A stretch of 64,000 nt of DNA. Origin: Octopus vulgaris. Taxonomy: Eukaryota. The notes below the pieces were generated by a model. The model did not search any database and was not told where the DNA came from. It saw nothing but the letters and a program-made list of their open reading frames with translations. Every line of letters starts with the position of its first letter. Within the stretch, counting starts at the first letter, position 1. The stretch lies in the NCBI GenBank assembly GCA_951406725.2, contig OX597836.1, positions 8,680,001 to 8,744,000 of the forward strand. The letters run 5' to 3'. Shown in pieces: positions 42,626 to 58,295 of this stretch. The translations under genes and the position numbers were made by a program.

Positions 42626-43358
42626 CGTTCATAATAATGTGTCCATCGTCTTGGCTTAACAACCCTCACCGTTTGTTTTTACTGTTTTGTTCTCACTGTC
42701 CTGTTCTTGTAACCACTTTCACCTTCTGCAAAAAATCCCAAATTTTATTAATTTGCTTTGCGGGAAGGATTGTTTCAAAGAAGTCGCGTATTGCCCTTAC
42801 CTTCGAAAACGAAATTAGATGAAACAGAGACAACTAATGAAGGGGAATATTCTTTATGTTGCATGTCTCGTTTCTCTGTTTGCTTTTTTCGTTGTTCGAA
42901 GAAAGTTCGTTTTCTATGTTTTTGTTTTTATGTTTTCGTTTCTCATTGTGTTCCACGTTTTTTTTTTTATGTCCTGTACCCATATATGCATGTTCCTGAA
43001 GGGCTGTCGATAGTTTATTGTATTAGAATGGAGTAGAAGGGGATAGACCCCACCTCACCTCAACCACCACCACCACCACCACCACCACCACCACATCACC
43101 ACCATCACCACCACCACCACCACCGTTACCACCACTGCCACCACCACCACTACTACTACCCCTACCACAACCACCACCACCACCACCACTACCTCCACCA
43201 CCATCAACACCACCAAACGATTTCAGCATCGACATTACCTCCAGCTCCCCTACCACCAAAACCCTTACGACAACCATCACCACAAACACCACAGCCATCA
43301 CCACCACAGCCGCTTATTTCAGCATGATGGCTACAGCCATCTCTGCTACTGCTGCCGT

Positions 43359-43418
<60 letters not shown>

Positions 43419-43595
43419 ATTCTTCATTAACCCAATACCAACGCCACAACCACCGTCTGTACAACCACTACCATGACCACCACCACCACCACCGAAGCTG
43501 CAACTACATCACTACTCCTCACAACCGACACGACCGCCACTACCACAACCACTATAACCTCCACTGCTACAACTACCACTACCACCACCACCACC

Positions 43596-43627
<32 letters not shown>

Positions 43628-43921
43628 CAACAACAACAGTAGCGGCAGCAGCAGCGATAACAACAACAATAACACTACAAGCGCCACCTACAACCTGAGA
43701 TATTTCACCTAGAGAACTGGAGATTTCTGATAAAACATGGCAGACATCATAAATTATAGACTGGAAGGTGGAGGAGGGGGGTGGAAAGGAAGAAGGGGGT
43801 GAGAAAGGGGAAAGAGAATGATGAAGGAGAGGAGAGGGAAGAAGAAGAAGAAGACGATGAAGAAAGAGGGAGACATAAGGACGCAGAACTATACATACGC
43901 ACACATGCACATATATGGACA

Positions 43922-43966
<45 letters not shown>

Positions 43967-44240
43967 ATGTGTGTATATATATATATTCTATATATATACA
44001 TATATATATGTATGTATGTATATATATATATATATGCATATATATGTGTGTATATGTATATGTATGTATATATATATATATATACATGCATCTACATACA
44101 TATGTATGTATATATATATATGCATATATATGTGTGTATATGTATATGTATGTATGTATATATATATATATATATATATACACATACATACATATATATA
44201 TATATATATACCTACATACATATACATATATATTGTATGT

Positions 44241-44285
<45 letters not shown>

Positions 44286-44442
44286 AGTGTGTATACATAT
44301 ATAATTATATATATATATATGTTTATATAAGTATATACACACGCGCGCACACACACATATATACACATACATACATGCATGCATAAATACGCACGCATAG
44401 ACATACACCCTTACATACGTGTGTGTTTATAAAAATTTGTGC

Positions 44443-44485
<43 letters not shown>

Positions 44486-44694
44486 TATATGAGTGTACGC
44501 AGGTGTGTGTGTGTGTTTGGAGAAAGTTAAAGTGTGACCCCCCAGATTCCAGGAATAGTAACAGACGAGGGGGTCAGTTACAATTTGGAAATATTCGACC
44601 TTTGATAAGAGGAGGGACAAGGGCGGGGGTGGGGGTGGGGGTGGATTTTAAACAGGGATGTTGTTGTTGTTGTTGTTGATGTTGATATCAACAC

Positions 44695-45536
44695 TGAGCT
44701 GGCAGAGTCGTTAGCGAGTCGGACTTTCTCAGTTGCATTTCTTTCGAATATCTGAGTTCCAATCGCACCGAAGTCGATTTTTTGCCCTTCATCCTTTTCG
44801 GGAGCGATAAAATGAATACCTATTTCTTTATTACCCACAAGGAGCTAAACATAGAGAGGACAAAAAAGGACAGACATAGGTATTAAGTCGATTACATCGA
44901 CCCCAGCGCGTTACTGGTACTTGATTTATCGACCTCGAAAGGATGAAAGGCAAAGTCGACTTCAGCGGAATTTGAACTCACAACGTAACGCAGACGAAAT
45001 ACCTATTTCTTTATTACCCACAAGGGGCTAAACATAGAGAGGACAAAAAAGGACAGACATAGGTATTAAGTCGATTACATCGACCCTAGTGCGTAACTGG
45101 TACTTGATTTATCGACCCCGAAAGGATGAAAGACAAAGTCGACCTCAGCGGAATTTGAACTCACAACGTAACGCAGACGAAATACCGCTAAGCATTTCGC
45201 CCGGCGTGCTAACGTTTCTGCCAGCTCGTCGCCTTTATAAAATGAATGCCAGTCAGATACTCGTGTCCATGTAGTCGACTTGTTTCCCTCTTCTAGAAAA
45301 AATTTCACGCATTTTGTTTATAATTGGAAGAATTATTATAAAGATGGCGAGGGGCCACAATCGTCAGCACACCCGACAAAGAGCTTAGCGGTATTTCGAC
45401 CGTCTCTTTACTTTCTGAGTTCAAATTACGCCGAGGTCGACTTTCCCTTTCGTCCTATCGTGATCGATAAATTAAGTACAGGTGAAACATGGGTCGATGT
45501 AATCAACTATCCCCTACCTCAAATAGAAAGGATTAC

Positions 45537-45584
<48 letters not shown>

Positions 45585-45766
45585 GGCAACCCTTTCATCG
45601 ATAAAATTAGTACCAGTTACGCACTGGGGTCGATGTAAATCGACTTAATCCATTCTTCTTCTTCTTCTTCTTCTTCTTCTTCTTCTTCTTCTTCTTCTTC
45701 TTCTTCTTCTTCTTCTTCTTCTTCTTCTTCTTCTTCTTCTTCTTCTTCTTCTTCTTCTTCTTCTTC

Positions 45767-45824
<58 letters not shown>

Positions 45825-46290
45825 AGCGTCGAGCTTACATAATTTTAGCGCATCGGACAAAATGCTGTGTGACATTTTTTTCAGGTTGATTACATTCTTA
45901 GTTCAATTTCCGTTGGGGTGGTCTTTATCTTTCGTCCTTTCGTAGTCGATAAAATAAGTAGCAGCTGACCACTGTGGTCGAAGTAATCCACTGACCCTTC
46001 CCAGTATATTTGTTGGACTTGTAACCAAATAATGGAAACCTTATTTATCGTTGTCATTTATCTTGTTGTGAGTTGAATGTTGGCAGAACCGTTAGCGCAT
46101 CGGGTAAAATGCTTTGTGTCATTCCATCCGTATAAATGTTCTCAGTTCAAAATCCGCCGAGGTCGACTTTTTTGCCTTTGGTTTTTTTTTTTCGGGCTCG
46201 ACAAAATAAGTATCAGTGAAACACTAGGGTCAATGAAATTGACTTCTCCTTCCCCTCAAAAAATGCTGGCCCTGCGCCAAAATTTGAAAT
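44695..46290. mobile_element. Cluster of SINE family A copies in both orientations, including a tandem dimer at 44817-45235
   Basis: Family A motifs repeated; ~182-bp direct duplication 44817-44998 / 44999-45180. Confidence 0.88.
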
Positions 46291-47079
46291 CTTTGTTCAT
46301 CTTGTTAAATACATCAAATTCTCTGCAGGGTGTAATATGGTTTCTGCCGTCCACTTCCAGTAAACCAATGCAACGTGTATTTCCAAGCAATAATGTTTTC
46401 TGTGGATGGTCTTCCTTCAGATCTATCGGTGTTTTTCCGGCCCAGTTCGTGAACTTGATACGTTATAGTAACTCAGACCTCAACCAACAAATATTTAACT
46501 CGCTTTAAATGACTACAGCTTTAAAAAAAAAATTACCACTCATCATCATCATCATCGACATCATTATTATTATTATCATCATTATTGGGGTAAAATATAC
46601 GAAGCCCAGTATACCCATCATGACTACCTGTCTGATAAAGGTACACCAGGTACATGCATCACAACCATATGTACGCGACATGGTGATCTCATATCAAGAT
46701 AAACGACGCATGACCTTGCAGAGGGGGGGTGGCAGTTAGAATTTTCTTTTGGTCGAGTAGCCCATCCCACTCAAAAGGTCCCTGAATAAGGATTAAGGAT
46801 GTTGAACGAACCACCCATGTTTCCAAAGGTGAATTATCCAAACCGCTAAGAATCCCTCTCAACACATGGCTATGATGCTCCCCCACTACTTCTGCTCGTG
46901 ATCAGAGATGCACATATCGTCAGCCACTAAGGGACCTGCTCAACTGGTTACGGTCAAACAATTGACAAGCAAATCTGTGGTATTGAGCAGAATATTTGCT
47001 GTAGCCCATCTTTTATACCAAGACGTCCCTTTATGTTTTAACTGATTTTTGTTAACCCTTGTAGCCAATAAACGAACGA

Positions 47080-47155
<76 letters not shown>

Positions 47156-47397
47156 ATAGTAGTAGTAGTAGTAGTATCATCATTGCATTTGCTCCGGCTC
47201 TTTACGTTATGAGTCGAAGTTTCGCCGAGGTCGACCTTGCCTTTCACCCCTTTCGTGGGGGGGGGGGAAGGCTACAGAAGTAAATACCAGCTGCGTACTG
47301 GGGGTCGGTGCAATCGACTACTAGCATCACCCACCCAACCCACTCACCCACAGCCTCCCACAAATTTTCAGGCCTCGTACCTTTAGCAGAAAGGTTG

Positions 47398-47456
<59 letters not shown>

Positions 47457-47493
47457 CATCATCATCATCTCCATCATCATCATCATCATCACC

Positions 47494-47525
<32 letters not shown>

Positions 47526-47650
47526 CAATGGTGAAAATGTCAAGATCAGTCCAAAGATGAAGTGAAAAATAAAATAAGAGAACGTGTGATACGCTGATTA
47601 TGTTATCACATGTTCTTATATCGTTTTCTTCTCCCTCTTTATTATTATTA

Positions 47651-47699
<49 letters not shown>

Positions 47700-48609
47700 G
47701 TAAAAAAAAAAAAAAAAGAGACCGTTTAAAGTATGTTTGGTGACCCGAGATGTTGACTGGATCGTTTAAAGAGTAAATGTATCAAATACCGAACAAACTT
47801 AATCAATGAATAAAATTACATTCCACTACCAAAATATATTCTCTTTTTTTTTTACCCCCTCGTTTTTTTTTTTGTTTTTGGAAACGGGTGGTTCACACTG
47901 TCTCACTACACCCCCTCTCTTTCTCTCTCTCCCTCTCTGTCTATCTCTCTTTCTCTTTCTAACTTATTCTCTCACACACGAATACGGCGCAGAACGCACA
48001 CACAAAACAACACGTTCATACTCCCGCGTTTGAATTATAGTGCAACTATAATAATATCACAAACACCCACAACTGAAAAATGCCCCCTCCAGAATACACA
48101 CACACACACACAACCGCACAGAGACTAGACATGAACACACATGCATACACACACACACACACACACACACATACTCACATGTATCACCTACACTGAAACA
48201 CTCCCCGCTTTCCTCGTATGTAAGACATACATTCATCAAAATAAAACAAGAACTATGAGAGAAAAAAAAAACAACGTTTGTACAGAAACAACAAACAAAC
48301 AAACATGGCGGCGAAAAGTCGGAGCCCATAGAGCTACGGACGAAATTCCTCGCATTATTTTTTCCGATCTACTGCGCTCTAGGTTCGAATCCCGCTAAAA
48401 TCAACTTTGTCTTTCAGTTTTTATTTTTTATTTTTACAAACGATAAAAAAAAAAGAGACGTACAATCCGGAACTGGAGAAAGTTAACGGCAACAGAAATA
48501 CCAGTTCATTTGTATGTCTAGCTTACTTCTAACTGTATGGACGAAGCACACGTTCCCCGGTTCTAATCCACTTGCACGCACACACACACGCGCGCGTACA
48601 TGAAACACA

Positions 48610-49210
48610 CGGATTAAGTCGATTACATCGACCCCAGTGCGTCACTGGTACTTAATTTATCGACCCCGAAAGGATGAAAGGCAAAGTCGACCTCGGCGGA
48701 ATTTGAACTCAGAAAGTAGAGACAGACGAAATACCCATTTCTTTACTACCCACAAGGGGCTAAACATAGAGAGGACAAACAAGGACAGACAAACGGATTA
48801 AGTCGCTTACATCGACCCCAGTGCGTCACTGGTACTTAATTTATCGACCCCGAAAGGATGAAAGGCAAAGTCGACCTCGACAGAATTTGAACTCAGGACG
48901 TAACGCCAGACGAAATACGGCTACGCATTTCACCCGGCGTGCTAAGGTTTCTGCCAGCTCGCCGCCTTATGTGTAGTGATGTCAGATAGATGTAAATAGA
49001 CACGTATACAATCTAACCGGGAATAGTGACATTAAATTCATAGAAGCCATCTTGAGTTTCTTGGTTGGTGTTTGGGCTGTCAGTGAGCAGCTGGTTGTGT
49101 AAGGCTCGGATGGGATACACATTTTTTTTCTTTTTACACGGATGCACGCGACAAACCATAGATCTTACGCCACTCAAATAAAACGACATGACAAAACAAA
49201 ATCTGAGAAA

Positions 49211-49259
<49 letters not shown>

Positions 49260-49635
49260 AAGAAGAATAGGGCGTAAGGCGATTATATCGATCTCCAGTC
49301 CTCCTCCACTGGTACTTCCTTTATCGACCTCCAAGAGATGAAAGGCAAAGTCGACTTCGATCGAATTTGAAGTCCTAACGTAAAGACGGACGAAATGCAG
49401 ATAAATAGTTTGTCCGGCAGATCACCACTTAAATAATAATCCTTTATATTTATGATAGGCGCAAGGCCTGAAATTTAGGTGTAGGGGACTGGTCGATTAT
49501 ATCGACCTCAGTATTTCAATGGTACTTAATTTATCAACCTCGAAAGGATGAAACGACATTTCTTTGACCAGAATTTGAGCTCCGAGCATAAAGACGGACG
49601 AAATGCAGCATGCTAACGATTCTGCCAGACGACAG

Positions 49636-49667
<32 letters not shown>

Positions 49668-50120
49668 CCGGTTGCGCACTGGGGTCGATATAATCGACTT
49701 AATCCGTTTGTCTGTCCTTGTTTGTCCTCTCTGTGTTTAACCCTTGTGGGTAATAAAGAAATAGGTATTTCGTCTGTCCTTACGTTCCGAGTTCAAATTC
49801 CGCCGAAGTCACCTTTGCCTTTCATCCTTTCGGGGTCGATAAATTAAGTACCAGTTGCTTACTGGGGTCGATCTAATCGACTGGCCCCCTCCCCAAAAAT
49901 TTCAGGCCTTGTGCCTAGAGTAGAATAGAAACATTAGCACACCGGGTGAAATGCTTAGCGGTATTTCGTCTGTCTTTACGTTCTGATTTCAAACTCCACC
50001 GAGGTCGACTTTGCTTTTCATCCTTTCGAGGTTGATAAATTAAGTACCAGTTGCATACTGGCGTCGATCTAATCGACTGGCCCCTTTCCTTCAAAATTTC
50101 GGGCCTTATGCCTAGAGTAA
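48610..50120. mobile_element. Cluster of SINE family A copies (dimer 48610-48968 on -, further - copies, multimer 49670-50120 on +)
   Basis: Family A motifs in both orientations. Confidence 0.88.
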
Positions 50121-50521
50121 AAAATAATAAAAAACGGAATAAACGACGCCTTATAAATTAAGTTAATGGTGACTGGAATCATATTTTTAAAGTACATTAT
50201 AGTATTCGTTGTTTGAAGAAAACACGACGGAATTTGGGCCAAGTTTCGCCGAGGGAATACATTTTCCCCTTGATACCGATGAGAACAAATTAACTAAGAA
50301 GCACACCAACAATATAAATTTAATCTGATGAACATTTTACATCAGTTTTTTTATATATGTATTTCCACTGTTATGATTTTAACAGATTTGTATTCATTTT
50401 CTCTTTGACATGTGTGTATATGTGTGTGTATATACATATACAGACTTGCACACGCAAATACACACACACAGATATATGTATCAGTGTGTGTGTATATATG
50501 TATGTGTGTATGTACGTATGA

Positions 50522-50554
<33 letters not shown>

Positions 50555-50599
50555 GGTATGTACGATCGTGAGTATATAAATGTATGTGTGTATATATAT

Positions 50600-51186
50600 A
50601 TTCCTTTATTCTTTAATATATCTCAGTCATTTGACTGCGGCCATGCTGGAGCACCGCCTTTAGTCGAGCAAATCGACCCCGGGACTTATTCATTGTAAGC
50701 CTAGTTGAATAAATCTACCCCAGGACTTATCCCATCGGTCTCGTTTGCCGAACCGCTAGGTTACGGGGACCTAAATACACCAGCATCTGTTGTCAAGCGA
50801 TGGTGCGGGACAAAAACAGATACACACACACACATATACATATACGACGGGCTTCGTTCAGTTTCCGTCTACCAAATCCACTCACAAGGCTTTGGTCGGC
50901 CCGTGACTATAGTAGATGACACTTGCCCAAGGTGCCACTGAACCCGGAACCAAGAGGTTGGGAAGCAAGCTTCTTGCCACACAACCACGCGGCCATGCTG
51001 GGGCACCGCCTTGAGGGCCATTAATCGAAAGAATCGACCTTAGTACATTCTTTTCTAAGTCAGGTACTTATCCTATCGTTCACTTTGGTTGAACTACTAG
51101 GTTACGGGGAGGTAAATATACAAACACCGGTTGTCAAGCAAATGTGGGGAACGAACACAGATACAGACACACAAACAGACAGACAA

Positions 51187-51233
<47 letters not shown>

Positions 51234-51360
51234 AATACATATGACGGTGTTCTTTCATTTTCAAACTACCAAATTCTCTCACGAAGACACTTGCCTAAAG
51301 TGCCACGCAGTGGGACTGATCCCAGAACCTTGTTGTTTAGAAATAAGCTTCTTTTCCCAC
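50600..51360 (-). mobile_element. Two adjacent SINE family B copies
   Basis: Tail-body-head motifs at 50600-50990 and again at 50985-51360. Further B copies lie at about 14305-14480, 32945-33095, 51920-52075, 55765-56110, 58010-58520 and 60290-60455. Confidence 0.85.
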
Positions 51361-51384
51361 AGCCTGAGCCTGAGTCTACGTACT

Positions 51385-51842
51385 CGAAAGAGTCCAGAAG
51401 CTGGCTACCCGCATGGTTCTTGGTCTCAAGCATTTGTCTTATGAAGAAAAGCTGAAGACGCTCGACCTTTATTCTCTAGAAAAACGACGACGCCGTGGTG
51501 ATCTCATTCTTGCTCACAACATCATAAGCGGAAAGTGTAACCTCTCGAAAGAGCTGTTCTTCACTCCTGTTCCAGACCGTCGGCTGCGGGGTCATTCCGA
51601 AAAGCTCTATCTGCGACGATTTCATCTCAATCGAAGGAGAGGGGTTTTCTCCGTCCGGGTTGTGGATCCGTGGAATAAGCTGCCGGACGAGATAGTGAAG
51701 ATGCCGACGACCGCTTGGTTCAAAGTCTTCCTTGACCACAAATGGCCTGAACTCTTTGCATGAACACCTTCCCTGTACATAACATGGCCTTGCATTTTGC
51801 TTTGCGAGCCGAAAAATTAACTTAACTTAACTTAACTTAACT
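51385..51842 (+). mobile_element. 3' fragment of a second CR1-like LINE
   Basis: RVQKLATRMVLGLKHLSYEEKLKTLDLYSLEKRRRRGDLI..LRGHSEKL..FSVRVVDPWNKLP..FKVFLD (typical CR1 ORF2 C-terminus), stop at 51763, short UTR, (AACTT)n tail. Confidence 0.9.
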
Positions 51843-52821
51843 ATATATAGATTTGGTGAAGCAAACCGGAAAAATGGTGCTAACGTATGAAACTCTCGAC
51901 CCTTTCTCACTCTGTTGCTTCTGCTGTGTGGTAAGAAACTGCCTTCCCAACCATATGGTTCCGGGTTCAATCCCACTGCATGACACTGGGCAAGCGTCTT
52001 CTACTATACCTTCAGATTGACCAAAGCCTTGCGAACGGATTTGGTAGACGGAAACCGAAAGAAGCTCTTCGTATATATATCTCTCTCTATCCGCTCAGTC
52101 GAAGTCGACTCTCGGTCACTCGTTGGATCAGTGTCCTCTAGTCAGTTCTATCCTGGGCCGCTTCCTTCAGACTGGCCATGTCCATTCCGGTATATATATA
52201 TGCTGAGACCCCCTTCGGTCATGAATGACCATGGGATTGCACCTAGAAAGTTACCCTCCAAGACACAAGTATTCAAATGCAAGGGGCATTTTCCTTGTTT
52301 CTGTCTGTCTCTGTCTCTCTTGTTTACTCTTATATATATGTGTGAGTGTAGAGAGAGAGAGAGAAAGGGGGAGAGGGAGCGGGGGAGATTCAACTCCGAA
52401 CCAACATGTTCATAAAACCGTAACATTTCCAGATTTTGAAAACCTTCAGACCAAGCGTACCGGATTTCTCCTCAAACATGGACGCCAATTCGTCACAAAG
52501 TTGAGCCTCAGGGACAACTTGTACACATTTCAAGTTGTGTGTATTGAAATGGAAGGGAAAAAAAAGCAAAAGCAAAAAAGAAAAAAGAACGTACCGCGCA
52601 GACCAGGAATCCAATCCCACGACCCAAAGATCCTGAGTTCAAACTCTACTACGCCATGCAATATAATGTATATTCATGTACACCATCGTCGTCGTCGTCG
52701 TTGTCGTCATGATAATAAACTGCGTCATTCTAATGATTCGCAAAATCCACTTTCTACTCTTGATCGTAGTGGATGTCATCACCATCACCATCATCATCAC
52801 CATCATCATCATCATCATTGC

Positions 52822-52852
<31 letters not shown>

Positions 52853-53178
52853 GTCATCATCATCATCAATGCCATTATCGTCGTCGTCATCATCATCATC
52901 ATCATCATTGCCATCATCATCCTCATCATAATCATCATCATCATCATCATCACCTTTATCCTCAACACAATCGCCATTGACATCAACATCATCGGTGTCG
53001 TCATCATCATCATCATCCGCATCATTATCCTCATCATCTTCATCGTCATCATCACTGTCATCGTGATCATCGTCGTCGTCATCACCATCATCATCATCAT
53101 CATCATCATACCATCATCATCACCACCACCACCACCACCACCACCACCACCACCACCACCACCACCACCACCACCACC

Positions 53179-53212
<34 letters not shown>

Positions 53213-53439
53213 TCACAATTCTTTCTCCTTCTCATCATTGTCATCATCACCTGCATGCCCATCTTCATCACTGTTGCCATCGCCCCTTTCGTTTTAGGTC
53301 TTTGTCATCATCACAACCACCACCACCATCATCATCATCGACACACATTGCAGGGACACTGAGGACTGGTAAGATATGAACACTGCACCTCTCTCTCTCT
53401 CTCTCCCTCTCTCTCTCTATTCGCTTGATGCTTTTCCCT

Positions 53440-53710
53440 GTTACTCCTCCGCCTGACGTCCGATGTGAAAGGCGGAGGCGAAGGGTGGAAGAGGTGACGG
53501 TAATCGATATTTAATCCAATCACTGAATTATAAGTAAATCGATAGCTAAAGCGTTCGGCGACAGGAGGCGCTAGTGAATGCCAGAGGCGGGAGAATGGGG
53601 AGGAATCAACCAATCAGGATCCTGGAATTGTTGACTTTGATCATAAAACTAATTAACCCTGTTGATGAAGTGACTACCGTAATTGGTCGACGCACCGGAT
53701 TGGTTGACTA
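53440..53710. promoter_or_regulatory. Motif-dense unique island (promoter/enhancer-like)
   Basis: Three CCAAT boxes (near 53516, 53610, and reverse near 53699), two ATCGATA DRE-like sites, TGACGTC, GGCGG boxes and CTCF-like GGCGACAGGAGGCGCTAG. Confidence 0.4.
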
Positions 53711-53730
53711 AACTATAAATAAATAACCAT

Positions 53731-53793
<63 letters not shown>

Positions 53794-53880
53794 TGCATGT
53801 ACATATGTGTGTGTGTGTGCATGTGTGTGCATGTGTGTGCGTGTGTGTGTGTTTGCATGCATATATGTATATATATATTA

Positions 53881-53936
<56 letters not shown>

Positions 53937-54279
53937 TATATATATATATATGTATGTATGTATGTATGAATGTATGTATGTATGTATGTATGTAAATAGA
54001 TAGACAGCCGGATAGATAGATAGATAGATAGATAGATCGATATAGATATAGGTATAGATATATAGGTGTACATATACACATATGCTGCAACATAAACACA
54101 AAATCTTACACATACACTTATATATATTTGAGTGCATATGTGTGTGTATATAAACATATATATATATATGTGTGTGTGTACGTGTATGCGTTTGTGTGTG
54201 TGTGTGTAGTAGTACTATGTGTGCATATGTGCATATAAAACACATAGATATATACACAAGTACAATAGCGTATACATAC

Positions 54280-54315
<36 letters not shown>

Positions 54316-54554
54316 ATGTAGGTACGGTGAAGCTAACTAGACAACCAAAGATAATTAAATATAAAGGGCGGAGAGGGGCGGGGTGCAAAGAAGAAGGGTG
54401 TAAGAATGAGAGAGAGAGAGACAAAAGGTGGGGTGGAGATAGTGGAAGGGTGGACTTAAAAGATGTTGGGAGTAGCAGAGAGAAGCAAAAGACAGTGAGT
54501 CTTCTTGAGTCATCTGGGGGTATGTGTGTGTGTGTGTGTATGTACGTGTATGTA

Positions 54555-54595
<41 letters not shown>

Positions 54596-54643
54596 GTGTG
54601 CTTGTGTGTGTGTATGTGTGTGTATGTGTGTGTGTGTATATGT

Positions 54644-54700
<57 letters not shown>

Positions 54701-54795
54701 CGATCACTCGCATGCGTATATAGATATATATTTGTGCGTGTTCAATGTTTGATAATTATTGAATGTATGTATGTATATTATATATATACACACAT

Positions 54796-54917
<122 letters not shown>

Positions 54918-55231
54918 ATATAGAGGTAGAGTGATGACGAGGAGACAAAGAGAGAAGGATTTATCAAAATAAGAAAATATGACCCATTAGTCATAATCAC
55001 TTACAGTTTAATCTATATATATATATATATATTGCTACTCCCGACTCCTTTTCAAGCCACCCTTCCACCCCGCCCCGTCTCTCTGTTTTAATTTCTTACT
55101 CTTCCTCTTTGCACACATGCACCCTTCATATTTAATTATCTGGACCTCTTGAATATATATACATGCATATACATACATACATATATAAATACATATAGAT
55201 ATGTAATTATATATATGTATATATATATATA

Positions 55232-55343
<112 letters not shown>

Positions 55344-56233
55344 GGTCCCGGGTTGAGTCATTAACCACAGTAAATAAGGTACTCAATACATAGCAGAGTA
55401 AATTAATTTATTTTGTTGAAGGAGCTTCTACAGGACTAGAACTGTTTCATTCAAAAGAAATCATATATATATATACACGCACTGCATATTCCGCAACGAT
55501 TGCTCTGGATTTTATTTCCGTGAAACGAGTGACAAATTTTATTTATGTGTGTGCATGCATGTTTGTGCGTGTGCACGCGCGCGTGTATGCGTGCCTGCGA
55601 ACATTATGAAAACCAAGATTGGGGACAGCAGGCTTTTAATAGTAGATCACAACAGTTGTTTCCTCACCACACACCAGCTTTGTGTTGCTCTGCTTATATT
55701 CCTATATCACCACTGAAGATCATTCTTCATAATGGATTACACTATTGTTGAATATAACACTACTGTTTAGTCCCACTGCGTGGCACCTTGGGCAAGTGTC
55801 TTCTACTATAGCCTCGGGCCGACCAAAGTCTTGTGAGTGGATTTGGTAGACGGAAACTCAAACAAGCCCGTCGTATATATCTATACGTATGTATGTATCA
55901 ATGTGTCTATGTGTCTGTATTTTGTCGCCTCCATCACCGCTTGGCAACCGGTATTAGTGTGTTTATGTCCCCGTGACTTAGCGGTTTCACTAAAGGGATC
56001 GATGGAATAAGTACTAGGCTGAAAAAAGAAAAACTCCTGGGTTCGATTGCTTCGACTAAAATCCTTGAAGGCGGTGCTCCAGCAAGGCCGTAGTCAAATG
56101 ATTGATACAAAAAAATGTGTGTGTGCGCGCGCGCGCGTGTGTGTTTGTGTGTGTGTATGTGTGTATATTTATATACATATACCTAGGAGCTAAAAAAATG
56201 CGATGGGATTACTTGTACAATTGGAATCCGACA

Positions 56234-56267
<34 letters not shown>

Positions 56268-56729
56268 GGGGAGAAATGGGGAAGAGTGGGGAGATAGAGA
56301 GAAGGGATAGAGAGACTCCCCGAATATATATATGTATATGTGTGTGTGTGCGCTCGTGTGTGTGCGTCTGTGTGTGTGTATACTATAAATTTTTATGATA
56401 ATGATTGGGCTTATTGAAAATCAGACTGCAGTGATTGAAAAGAAATTTACTATTTAGTTAACTTACGGTTGCAATGTAAATATTAATCTCGCTTACATAG
56501 GCAGTAGGCCTGAAATTTGTGCGGTGGGGAGGAATACTTCGTCGCATCGCCCCCCCCCTCCGCCCGTACTTGATAGATAATTCATTCGCATTCACGGTTC
56601 AGAAAACTTCAGCAAATTTGGCCTGACGAGCATTTTAATTTGAAACGTAAAGCGTGGTGACACATTGCAATTTATAACAATAGTACTAAAACACCGCTCT
56701 AAGAATCTAATCCGTTCTTTTTCGTTTAT

Positions 56730-57375
56730 TAAAGCGGCGAGCTGGTAGAATCGTAAGCACGCCGGACGAAATGCTTAGCGTATATTGCCAGTCTTTACGT
56801 TGTGTGTTCAAATTCCGCCGAGGCCGACTTTGCTTTTCATCCTCTCGCGGTCAATAAATTAAGTACCAGTTGTGTACTGAGGTCGATCTAATCGACTGGC
56901 GCTCTCCCGCCCCCCAAAATTTTGGGCCTTGTGCTTAGAGTAGAAAAGAATATACTCCCTTCTTTTTCGTTTATTAAGGCGGCGTGCTGGCAGAAACGTT
57001 CGCACGCTGCACGAAATGCTTAGAGGTATTTCGTCTGCCGTTACGTTCTGAGTTCAAATTCCACCGTGGTCGACTTTACCTTTCATCCTTTCGGGGTCAA
57101 TAAATTAAGTACCAGTTGCGTACTGCGATCGATCTAATCTATTGGCCCTACCCTTGAGCCTACAGTAGAAAAGAATATGCTGAAAAATAGGGGCTAAATC
57201 GTTTAACCACATAAAATATTTTCAATGAAAATATTTTATATGGTTACTCCGCAGAGGTCGACTTTGCCTCTCATCCTTTCGGGGCCGATAAATTAAGTAC
57301 CAGTTGCATACTGGGGTCGATGAAATCTACTGCCCTCCCCCACCTAAAATTTCGGGCCTTGTGCCTCCAGAAGAA
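56730..57375 (+). mobile_element. Three tandem SINE family A copies
   Basis: Heads at about 56732 and 56977, both preceded by TTCTTTTTCGTTTATTAA (local duplication), plus a body-only copy near 57250. Confidence 0.88.
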
Positions 57376-57382
57376 AGGATTA

Positions 57383-57453
<71 letters not shown>

Positions 57454-57492
57454 GCTGTTGTTGTAGATGTTGTTGCTATTAATATCCTCCCC

Positions 57493-57536
<44 letters not shown>

Positions 57537-58261
57537 TGTTGGTATTGTTGTTGTTTTCTAATTTAAGCACAAGGCCATCAGTTTTGAGGGGAGGGGAATA
57601 GCCGATTGAGACCAGAATTTGACGAATAATATTCACTCACACACACACACACGCACGCACACGCACACATGTATACGTGTATGTTTGCATGAATGTATGC
57701 GAATCTGAATGCCTATAACCACGTTTCCAGTGTATGTGTTAGTGTGTGTTTGCGTATGTGTGAGTGAGAGTGTGTAGGAGACCGGGGTGGTGTTTATGCA
57801 AATATCGATGTCGCTTGAAAAAGTGCCGCAAATAAACGACCATCAAAAAATAGACGGCGAAAATATCAGATTAAAATAAGAACAGATTTCGCTACGATTG
57901 ACTGACAACCTTGAACAACCAGTGCCCCAGCATGACCGCAACCCAAACGCCGAAACCATATGTGTGTGTGAGTGTGTATGTGTGTGTGTGTGTGTTTATA
58001 TATATATGCTCTTTTACTCTTTTACTTGTTTCAGTCATTTGACTGTGGCCATGCTGGAGCACTCGCCTTTAGTCGAGCACATCGACCCCAGGACTTATTC
58101 TTTGTAAGCCTAGTACTTATTCTATCGATCTATTTTGCCGAACCGCTAAGTTACGGGGACGTAAACACACCAGCATCGGTTGTCAAGCGATGTTGGAGGG
58201 AAGGGGGCAAACACAGACACACAAACATATACACACACACATACATACATACATACATACA

Positions 58262-58295
<34 letters not shown>

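Noticed and set aside
46590-47030. Complex-sequence island as a candidate exon (also 52200-52275 and 60505-60580)
   Set aside because: No convincing ORF or splice pair; these look like fragments of dispersed repeats, but there is a single copy each here, so no family can be supported.
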